Shown here: positions 52,853-64,000 of the stretch, in pieces | Numbering within the stretch: the stretch's first letter is position 1 | Layout: each line of letters opens with the position of its first letter | NCBI RefSeq assembly: GCF_009914755.1 | Contig: NC_060944.1 | Length of the DNA stretch: 64,000 nucleotides | Strand: one strand, 5' to 3' | DNA from: the human T2T-CHM13v2.0 reference genome, Homo sapiens | Notes under the pieces: model-generated | The model's database searches: none | Seen by the model: only the letters and a program-made list of their open reading frames with translations | What the model was told of the DNA's origin: nothing | Made by a program: the position numbers and the translations under genes

Positions 52853-53411
52853 TGGGAGGTGAAGCCAGCTGGGCTTCTGGGTCGGGTGGATACTTGCACC
52901 AATCAGCGCTCTGTGTCTAGCTAGAGGATTGTAAATGCACCAATCAGCATTCTGTAAAAACGCACCAATCAGCGCTCTGTGTCTAGCTACAGGATTGTAA
53001 ATGCACCAATCAGCACTCTGTAAAAACGCACCAATCAGCACTCTGTAAAATGGACCAATCAGCAGACATGGGCAGGGACAAATAAGGGAATAAAAGCTGG
53101 CCACCCTAGCCAGCAGTGGCAACCCGCTCAGGTCCCCCTTCCACACTGTGGAAGCTTTGTTCTTTCGGTCTTCACCATAAATCTTGCTGCTGCTCACTCT
53201 TTGGGTCCGCACCACCTTTAAGAGCTGGTAACACTTGCTGTGAAGGTCTGCGGCTTCATTCTTGAAGTCAGCGAGACCACGAACCCACTGGAAGGAAGAA
53301 ACTCCGGACACACCATCTTTAAGAGCTGTAACACTCACAGCGAAGGTCTGCGGCTTCATTCCTGAAGTCGCGAGACCAAGAACCCACCACAAGGAACCAA
53401 CTCCGGACACA
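52853..53411 (+). mobile_element. LTR12 (ERV9) solo LTR
   Basis: gaggtgaagccagctgggcttctgggtcggg start, repeated gcaccaatcagc units, end accaactccggacaca; flanks ctag/ctat. Confidence 0.93.
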
Positions 53412-54027
53412 CTATGATCTGTATAACCAGCTATATTCTAGTGTTTTGGTTTCATTTTTCTATTGTCATTACATCCCATGTGACATATATATATATAAAA
53501 TATATTCCCCTTTCTCAGGTTAATTATTAAATGTACTAATGTACATTTTCAGGAGGTATCTTACCAGACTCTTCTAGGTTGCCAGTGATCAAGGAGCTTG
53601 AGTTTCAGTTCCTGAAGACAGTGCAGGCCCCATACCAGGGCCTCCCATCAGAACTAATTTATAGAAGGACTGGTTCAAATATTGAACTGGTGTCAAAGGT
53701 ATAGTATCCTTAACTGGATTATCATTTGATTCCCTCCATTCACCAAATCCATCCCTCCTATCACCACGATTTGGGCTTTACAATCCCATCTCCATACAGG
53801 ATGACTTCACACTGACAAATCACTATAATGTGTACAAACACATAAAGTATCTGTGGAGTATTAGTTTCCACAGAGGCAGAAAAAGTGACTTTAGCGGAAC
53901 TGCCACTTGATATTAGGCAGCATTTCACAGAAATCTAAAAGCAGGGCCATTTTACAACAGATAAAACTCCAAACTCAAACCCTTCTCTGGAATTGTCCAG
54001 GACAAGCATCTGACAGCACTCACTTAC

Positions 54028-54136
54028 CCCCATGACTCTGCCGCGCTGCTGAACATCCTCCCACATAAAATGAACTATGATACGACACATGTACTTCCCA
54101 CTCCGGCCTTCCTGCTTCATTCGGACTAGACACATC
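54028..54136 (-). CDS. UQCC1: UQCC1 coding exon (probably exon 7), 109 bp: last base of W codon + MCLVRMKQEGRSGKYMCRIIVHFMWEDVQQRGRVMG
   Basis: Peptide matches recalled human UQCC1; acceptor ttcccacccag|G, donor GGG|gtaagt; ends in phase 0. Confidence 0.97.
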
Positions 54137-54261
54137 CTGGGTGGGAAGAAGACAAAAAAAGTCTTGGCTGTTTGCATTTTTCACATCACACATTTCCACT
54201 GAAGGTCTCCTCATCTAAGAGTGAGTTTAGCAAAGGGCACCAAATCAAACTGGAAGTGAAC

Positions 54262-54440
54262 TTTTTTTTTTTAAACTTTTACTGAGATATAACAAAGATA
54301 CTATTAAGTGTATAAATCTTAAGTGTACTGCCTGATAAATTTTTATGTATTATACATACACCCACACAAGCACCACCCAGATCGAGATACAGATTATTTA
54401 GGGCACCTCTGAAGGCTCCCTCATACCTGGAGGGAACCAC
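54262..54440 (-). mobile_element. L1M 3' end fragment
   Basis: aaacttttactgagatataac...aaatcttaagtgtac...caccacccagatcgagatacag. Confidence 0.7.
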
Positions 54441-54562
54441 ATTTTTTTGTTAGAAGACAAACAAGTCTGAATCCTTCATTTTACTGATGAAAGCAGGACT
54501 CCTAAAGACGGAAAGTAATTTGCCCAACACCAGTTTTATATCCGTAAAACTGGGTATAGAAC

Positions 54563-54845
54563 TGTGCTGTCCAATACAGTGGCTCCCCTGTGGCTATTGA
54601 GCATTTTAAATACAGCTAGTCAAAGCTGAGATGTGGCACAAGTTTAAGATTTCAAAGATTTAGTTGAAGAAAAAGAATATAAAATATCTCAATTTTTAAT
54701 ACTGCTTTCATGTTGAAATAATATTTCAGATATACTGGGTTACATACAATCTATTAAAATTTGTTTCTTTTTACTTTTTCAAATGTAGATACTAGAAAAT
54801 TTTAAATTACATACATGGCTTGCGTTATATTTCTGTTGGACAACA
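54563..54845. mobile_element. MER33 (hAT-Charlie)
   Basis: tgctgtccaatac...tgtggctattgagca...ttatatttctgttggaca. Confidence 0.75.
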
Positions 54846-55167
54846 CCTGTCCAGAACACAGATCACAGAAAGTATTATGATTACATTTGTGTAATTATCC
54901 AATTGTTTCCCCCACTAGAAGGTAAGCTCTACTGAAGATAAAGATCAAATCTGGTTTTTGTCAACATTTTATTTCCAGGGCTTAAGTACAGTAGGCACTC
55001 AATATACACTTGCTGAATAAATAAATGAACAAACACCTATGGTTAGGGCCAAGTTTAGGACCTTTTCCCCTATACCACATTTGCCTCTAGTCAGTCCAGA
55101 GGGCTTTCTGAATAATCAAGACCTCACATAATCTAAACATACAAGAATTATATTTTATTATATATAG

Positions 55168-55812
<645 letters not shown>

Positions 55813-55999
55813 AGACTATAATTTTTATTGTTTCTCATTAAATAGCTTATTAAGCAGCTACAATAGGATTACTCACCTAAAAGACAATTCCTGTTATAAT
55901 TATGGAATAGTTAATCCAACCTGACAATTCTATATCCATACACAATTGATCTTGCCAATTAAAATCTACCAGCAATAGTAATGGTACAATGAAATGATT

Positions 56000-56520
56000 A
56001 CAGCTTGGCCTGTCTCAACATCTTTGTTAATAACTAAGATGGAGAAAAGAAAACATATTTACCAAATTTGCAGGTGACAAGAAGCTGGGCAGGAGAACAA
56101 ATGTGCCAGATGATCCAACCATGAACCAAAAATACTTCAACAGGTTGAATCTAACAAGATCAACCTAATGGGGATAAATTCAGGATCCTGCATTTGAGTC
56201 TAAAAGAACAACTGTAAAAGTACAGCACAGATAAGTCATGCCTACCTATGTGTGAAAAGACTTATAGGCTTAAGTTGATATTATGTGCTCAGTAGGAATC
56301 AAGAGGATAACAATGCTGCCCTCCAAATTAATGTGATTTTAGATACAGTAATGCAAATATAATACCATCAATGTGTAAAGTGAGACTTTTGTTATACTCA
56401 ACACAAACCAGAACGTATTTGGAATACTATCCACAGTTTTGAACATTACATTTTAAGAAATAGGAGGACTAGAAGTATCTTAAGAAGACCAGAAGATATT
56501 TAACCTGGAGAAAAACAGGA
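56000..56520 (+). mobile_element. L3/CR1 LINE remnant (reverse-transcriptase region)
   Basis: aaatttgcaggtgacaagaagctggg, a degenerate KFADDTKLG motif; downstream CR1-like sequence. Confidence 0.65.
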
Positions 56521-56575
56521 AAGTTGACTTAAACATTGTAGAAAAGCAATTAAACTGTTTACCAAAGAGAATCAG

Positions 56576-56886
56576 GTCAGGCCTGGTGGTTCACACCTAT
56601 AATCCCAGCATTTGGGAGGCCAAGGCAGGAAAATCACTTGAGCCCAGATGTTTGAGACCAACCTGGGCAACACAGTTGGACCCCGATTCTACAAAAAATA
56701 TGAAAATTAGTCAGGTGCCGTGGTGCATGCCTGTAGTCCCAGCTACTCAGGAGGCTGAGACAGGAGGATCCCTCCCAAAAGGTCAAGGCTGCAGTGAGCC
56801 ACGATGGTGCCACTGAACTCCAGTCTGGGTAATGGAGTGAGACCCTGTCTCAACAAACAAACAAACAAACAAACAAACAAACAAAA
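56576..56886 (+). mobile_element. Alu (AluJ-like) with (AAAC)n tail
   Basis: Full dimer. Confidence 0.9.
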
Positions 56887-56988
56887 CCAAAGAGTTAGAA
56901 TCAGAACCAATGGGCAGGCCATAGAGGGAGAAAGATATAATCAACATTGAACAGCAAAATTAAAAGCTTACTAACAGGAATGTCTAAA

Positions 56989-57155
56989 GTTTTGTTTTTT
57001 TAATTTTAGAGACAGGGTCTTGCTCTGTCACCCAGGCTGGAGTGCAGTGACACAATCATAGCCCACTGTAACTTCAAATTCTTGGACTCAAGCCATCCTT
57101 CCACCTCGGCCTCCCAAAGCCCTGGGATTATAGGCATGAGCCACTGTGCCTGGCC
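56989..57155 (-). mobile_element. FRAM-like free right Alu monomer
   Basis: Single ~165-bp monomer with the right-arm insert. Confidence 0.8.
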
Positions 57156-57277
57156 TGAGTGTCTGAAGATTTGAATAATCAAACTGACAACCTCAAAAAG
57201 TAGAGAATTTGTCTGTCACGGAGAAGTGAATCAACGCTTGGTGGGAACTCGGGTATCTGACAGAAGGTTGACAACAT

Positions 57278-58269
<992 letters not shown>

Positions 58270-59543
58270 GCACTTTGTGACAATAATGAAACAGGTCACA
58301 GAAAAAAGATTTGGCTACTTTATAGGACACAGAGCCTATTCCACAGCAGAAACAAACTGGGGAAAAGTTCAACAGTCCTTTTTCATAAGACTTTTCTAAA
58401 GTTAATCAAATCCCTCATGTCAGCCTCTCACCTGAAAAGACGCTGTGTGTTTTGATGCTTAAGTGTTGTCAGAGGCCAATTCATCAACAGCAATAGTGAG
58501 GTAATGGAATTCTTCATTTATTTGAAAATTCTGTAGTTTGTTAATACACCTGCCCTCTGAGGTTTAAAAGGCACAGATTTTCTCAGACCATAAACTTTCT
58601 AACTGTATCAACATGGGATGAAGTGTTTTTTGTTTCACAACACAGTTTGTTCTATAGCCCTTACAGATAACAGTGGGCTCAAATGGTTATCCAGTTGAAA
58701 AGATAAGGCAAAATGAAGACACTTTCAAAATGGTGACTGACAATTCACTCAATGAACACAGGAGTTCCTATTGTGTGAAGGTGTATGGTTGGATGCTGTG
58801 GGGATTATAGTGATGGCTAAAACTAGAACCCAGCTTTTATGGAGCAGTTTCCTCTAGGGGAGATAAGGTACACCACACATCAACAGCCCTAAAAGGGAAT
58901 GCCATAGATCTCCCAAGAGAAGAGTGCAATGAAGTTTAAAAGGATGACTTTTGGCTGAGTAGAATCAGAGAAAGCTTCATGGAAAATGAAACACTGTACC
59001 TGGATCTTAGAAGGATAAGCTGAAGTTGAACAGGTTGAGACAAAAGACAAAGGGAATGTCCAGCTGATGGAATGTTCTAAGCAAAGGCAGGGCCATGGAA
59101 GAGTTCAGGATGTTAAGGTAACAATGAATACCTAGATTGTGGGGAGGACAGGGTATAGGATGCAGAAAACTGAAGCCAGAAAGGTCATGAAGAGCTTTGA
59201 AATGACTTGCTAAGAAAAAGTATGGACTTTGCTCAGCAGAGAGTGGCCAGCTACTGGAAGAAGATTCGCTCCTTAGCACTGACCGGAGATGAGTCTCTGA
59301 GAAGTTAACCTTTTCTTCCCAGCCTCAATCCTATAATTAAATATACAAATATCACCAGGGCTGGAAAAGGACAAATTTGGTGAATATAGTCATGTACCAC
59401 ATAACAATTTTGGTCAGCAAGAGACCACACATATGAGAGTGGTCCCATAAGATTATAATGGAGCAGAAAAATTCCTATCACCTGGTCTAGATGATCCTGA
59501 CCTGGTAGAGGCCTAGGCTAATGTGAGTGTTTGAGTCACAGTT

Positions 59544-59841
59544 TGGTTTTTGTTCTTTTTTCAGAGACAGGTTCTCACTTTGTCACCCAGACTGCAGTGC
59601 TGTGATACAATCACATCTCACTGTAACCTCAAACTCTTGGACTCAAGCTATCCTCCTGCCTCGGCATCCTAAGTAGCTAGGACTACGGGTGCACGCCACT
59701 GAGCCCGGCTAATTTTTTAAATTTTTTTGTAGAGGCAGGGTCTCACCATCTTGCCCAGGCTGGTCTCGAATTCCTGGGCTCAAGTGATCTACCTTGGCCT
59801 CCCAAAGTGCTAAGATACAGGCACGAGCCACTGCGCCCAGC
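59544..59841 (-). mobile_element. Alu (AluJ-like)
   Basis: Reverse dimer. Confidence 0.9.
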
Positions 59842-59982
59842 TCTATGTCTTAATTTTTAACAAAATTTTTAAAAGTAGAATAAAATTTAAAAAAACAGAA
59901 AAAAGGTTACAGAATAACAATGTAAAGAAAGCTATATAATGTGTGCTTTAAGCTTAAAATGTCAGAGTCAAAAAGTTTTTTT

Positions 59983-60274
59983 AGGTTGGGAACAGTGGCT
60001 CACACCTGTAATTCCAGCACTTTGGGAGGCCGAGGCAGGTGGATTACTTGAGGTTAGGAGACCAGCCTGGCCAACATGGTGAAACCCTATCTCTACTAAA
60101 AATACAAAAATTAACCAGGCATGGTGGCGCGTGCCTGTAGTCCCAGCTACTCAGGAGGCTGAGGCAGGAGAATCACTTGAACCCGGAGGTGGAGGTTTCA
60201 GTGAGCTGAGATCATGCCACTGTACTCCAGCCTGGGCAACAGAGCAAGACTCTACCTAAAAAAAAAAAAAAAAA
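59983..60274 (+). mobile_element. Alu (AluS-like)
   Basis: Full dimer. Confidence 0.92.
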
Positions 60275-60371
60275 TTTAAATTAAAAAGTTTATAAAGTAT
60301 AAATGTTACAGTAAGTTAAGTTTAATTTATTATTGAAGAAAAAATTTCAAAATAAATTTAATGTAGCCTAT

Positions 60372-60666
60372 GGCCAGGTGTGGTGGCTCACACCTGTAAT
60401 CCCAGCACTTTGGGAGGCCAAGGTGGGAGGATTGCTTGAGGCCAAGAGTTCAAGACCAACCAAGGTAACAAAGTAAGACCCCACCTCTACAAAAAAACGT
60501 AAAAATTAGCCAAATGTGGTGGTAAGCGTCTGTAGTCCCAGCTACTAAGGAGGCTGATATGGGAGGATTGCTTCAGCCTGGGAGGTCAAGGCTGCATTGA
60601 GTTGTGATTGTACCACTAAATTCTGGCCTGGATGACAGAGTGAGACCCTGTCTAAAAAAAAAAAAA
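60372..60666 (+). mobile_element. Alu (AluJ-like)
   Basis: Full dimer. Confidence 0.9.
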
Positions 60667-61257
60667 TTAGCTTAGCTTAAGTGTACAGTGTTTATAAAGT
60701 CTACAGTAGTATACAGTAATATCTGACTCATCCAGAGCAACTTCTAGTTCTGCAAGCTGTATTTATGGTAAATATCTTATACAAGAATACCATTTTTTAT
60801 TTCTTATATTGCATTTTTACTGTACTTTTTGTATGTTTAGATACATTTAGATACACAAATACTTACCATTATAACTGCTTACAGTATTCAGAACAGTAAT
60901 AAGTTGTATAGGTCTATAGCCTAGGAGCCATAGGTCATACCATACATCCTAGGTATATAACAGGCTATACCACCGAGGTTTGTGTAAGTATACTCTATGA
61001 TGCCCACACAATAATGAAATACCTAATGATGCATTTCTCAGGACAGATCCCCATCATTAAGCAACACATGACTGAATTTACTTTAATAGAACATCATTTT
61101 CAGAATATTCTGATCCAGAAATATAAACTAAAGATTATACCTGCCTTTTGAGAAATATACAACCAGCAAAGATTGTTATAACCTGTACCTAATTTTGCTG
61201 ATACTAACAGTTTAGAAGACATGGATTGACACCTGAAAATAAAAGGAGGGCAAATTC

Positions 61258-61556
61258 TCTTTTTTTTTTTTGTTTTGAGACAGAGTCTTGCTCTGTCGCC
61301 CAGGCTGGAGTGCACTGACACGATCTTGGCTCACTGCAAGCTCCGCCTCCTGGGTTCACGCCATTCTTCTGCCTCAGCCTCCCGAGTAGCTGGGACTACA
61401 GGTGCCCGCCACCACACCGGGCTAATTTTTTGTATTTTTAGTGGAGACGGGGTTTCACAGTGTTAGCCAGGATGGTCTCATCTCCTGACCTCTTGATCCG
61501 CCCACCTTGGCCTCCCAAAGTGCTGGGATTACAGGCGTGAGCCACCATGCCCAGCC
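61258..61556 (-). mobile_element. AluY-like with 18-bp target-site duplication
   Basis: aaaggagggcaaattctc on both flanks. Confidence 0.95.
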
Positions 61557-61641
61557 AAAGGAGGGCAAATTCTCATTACTCCTAAAACATTGGACCCAAT
61601 AAGTTCAACAGACCTTTTATTGATGCAGAACACTAAATATT

Positions 61642-62105
61642 GTAACTCTTCATTTAACATCACAGATAGATTCTTGGAAACTGTAACTGTAAGCTTAACA
61701 ACTTACGAAACCTATTTTACCATAGGCTAAGTGACATAAACAAAAGTTATATTCCTACAGTATATTTCTGGTCACAAAAACATCACTAAACTTCTAAATA
61801 AAGACCCAAAAGACTTCCAATATTAAACACTGAAATAATGTGAGCTATGCATACATTATGGCACGGCACACTCACACCCACACCCACTCCAATAAGGACA
61901 ATTTAGACATGCTAATTCACCTTCTGTGCACATCTTTGGGATGTGGAAGGAAACAGGAGGACCCAGAGAAAACCCACCTAGACAGGGACAGAACATGCAA
62001 ACTCCACACAGGCAGTGGCCCCAGATGGGAATTGTTATTTTTCTCCTCATCACTGTTATAACAAAGTGACATTGAACAGAACAATGTAATTTGAAGAAAT
62101 GCTAT
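61642..62105 (-). mobile_element. MER6-type TcMar-Tigger element
   Basis: gcacatctttgggatgtggaaggaaacaggaggacccagagaaaaccc...acatgcaaactccacaca. Confidence 0.75.
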
Positions 62106-62649
62106 ATAAAACTCTACCGCAAATCTCATTACACATAAAGTTGTAAGACCAAAGGCAAAGAATCAGTCTTCCTATCAACCGGAAGTTACTGAAGATTCCC
62201 ATGAGTTCTACTGGGAAAATAAGGTTCTGATCCACAGGGCTGTCCAATCACCAGTACAACATTCAGCTAATTAAATGCTCACCTAATTCTTTCCCTGAGT
62301 TTGTGAATCGAATTTACTAGGTAGTTAAGGACAGAAAAGTAGTCCTGTTGTGAAGGACTTTTTTGTTTATCCTCTTCAAGGGAAAAGCAGAGCTGAAGGC
62401 TGGGCCAAAATCTTAAGAAGTCAGCTGCCTGGAATGTCCAGACAAGCAGCTGAATACCAATTCTTAGGCCACCTGACCTTGAAGCCTATCACATTCAATT
62501 TACGCTTGTTTGATAACTGTTTTTAAAAGGTAATACATGTACATAGTAATAAAAACCAAGTCTCCTTCCTACCTTCATCCCCTGCCAACCCGTTCCTCTC
62601 CCAAAGACAACCTCAGCTACTAGTTTCTTAGGAATCCTTCCACATATAA

Positions 62650-63090
<441 letters not shown>

Positions 63091-63339
63091 TGATATTGGA
63101 ATGGAAGGATGGAAGTGAAGAAATCTCAACTCCAACTCTGTGTTTCATCCACAGACACCCCAGTGAAAACTTTTGGACACCAGAGATAATAGATTACTAC
63201 TAACTTATTTGACCATTATTAGGGTGACATCTGATTGACGCTGAATTCAACCAGTTAGTTTATCTGGCAATTTTTCCTATTCTAAAAATGACTAACAGGA
63301 AGAAAGAAAGAAAAAAAAACTTAAATAGCAAAAACGGAC

Positions 63340-63575
63340 AAGTGCTATAATTAACAGTTAACACAACTACGTGCCAGGCACTATGCCAAGTGATTTGGAT
63401 GCATTATTTTTCCTAATTTTTACAACAACTCCATGAAGCTGATACTTGTGTCCTTACTGTCCTCATTTCACAGGTGAGAAAATTGAGTCCTAGAGAAGTA
63501 ACTTGCCCAATGATACAAACCTAGTAAGTGCTAAAACTGAGATCTGAACCTAGACAATCTGATCCCAGAGTCCTA
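63340..63575 (-). mobile_element. MIR
   Basis: ctacgtgccaggcactatgccaagtg...catttcacaggtgagaaaattgag...aacttgcccaa. Confidence 0.75.
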
Positions 63576-63963
63576 CGAAGGTTTTTGTTGTTTTTGCCTC
63601 CTTTAATGATTAGAACAAACCCTCCAGGATCTATTGACCCTATTTTTCATTCAGTCCTCACAAGTACAGTAATTTAAGCTTCAAAACTAGCATCATATTA
63701 GAAATAGCACATCAGGAAAAAAAAAGACTGGCTAACTGGAGGCAAGCATACCTATAACAAGAGTAACTGCTAGCAGCCTAGTAGGAAAAGAGGAAATGAA
63801 AAATTTATTTAATAGAGACACGAAAAAAATAACAGAGCAATTGAGGTTCAACAGGTACAACTCAGAGACAATAGTCTGGCAAAATACAGTTAAGAGTTAT
63901 CAGGACATCCTGAATCATTCAGAAAAGACTGAAGTATGTTGAATGGTAAAAGAAAACTAAATA

Positions 63964-64000
63964 GGCCAGGTGCAGTGGCTCATGCCTGTAATCCCAGCAC
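63964..64000 (+). mobile_element. Alu 5' end, cut by the window edge
   Basis: ggccaggtgcagtggctcatgcctgtaatcccagcac. Confidence 0.9.

Larger units (their letters stand above)
59387..61074. mobile_element. Tigger3-type DNA transposon interrupted by three Alus
   Basis: Terminal inverted repeats tagtcatgtaccacataac... and ...ttaagcaacacatgactg; gtggtcccataagattataatggagc. Confidence 0.82.

Noticed and set aside
52342-52920. 192-aa Lys-rich ORF
   Set aside because: Runs across an LTR end, an A-rich spacer and the LTR12 start; compositional artefact.
52890-53065. Regularly spaced repeats that could be mistaken for a CRISPR-like array
   Set aside because: Known internal tandem CCAAT units of LTR12; spacers are not unique and the DNA is human.
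52724-53410. Longest ORF in the track (228 aa, minus strand)
   Set aside because: Antisense reading of LTR12; the repeated ALIGAF/ADWCIYN peptides mirror the CCAAT units.

Overview
Human (primate) genomic DNA. It holds the 3' part of UQCC1 (cytochrome b / complex III assembly factor 1, Cbp3 family) on the minus strand. Four coding exons are present (54028-54136, 21558-21635, 13527-13640, 10796-10930; probably exons 7-10), all with canonical GT-AG sites, splicing in frame to ...W-MCLVRMKQ...YNDEGL-stop. A ~1.35 kb 3' UTR ends near an AATAAA at 9458-9463. From recalled gene order (chr20q11.22, not shown by the sequence), FAM83C starts just left of the window and GDF5 lies beyond UQCC1 to the right; UQCC1 introns are known to carry GDF5 skeletal enhancers. 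The rest is intronic or intergenic and rich in repeats: about 40 Alu copies or fragments, L1M, L2, L3 and MIR remnants, solo LTRs (LTR12, MER21, MLT1) and DNA-transposon fossils. I see no prokaryotic-type system and no credible new protein; nearly all supplied ORFs are repeat-derived or chance. The best leads are regulatory and RNA-level: (1) a near-consensus CTCF motif inside the last coding exon, convergent with a CTCF-like motif doubled by a perfect 27-bp duplication, the pair partly enclosing an AP-1 cluster; (2) an enhancer-like block over the poly(A) site; (3) a candidate 43-nt poison exon with strong splice sites; (4) a ~77-bp-arm palindrome built from an old L1; (5) a six-CCAAT LTR12 aimed antisense at exon 7; (6) an unidentified 21-nt retroposed insert. 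Repeat subfamilies and motifs were called by eye and need computational confirmation.
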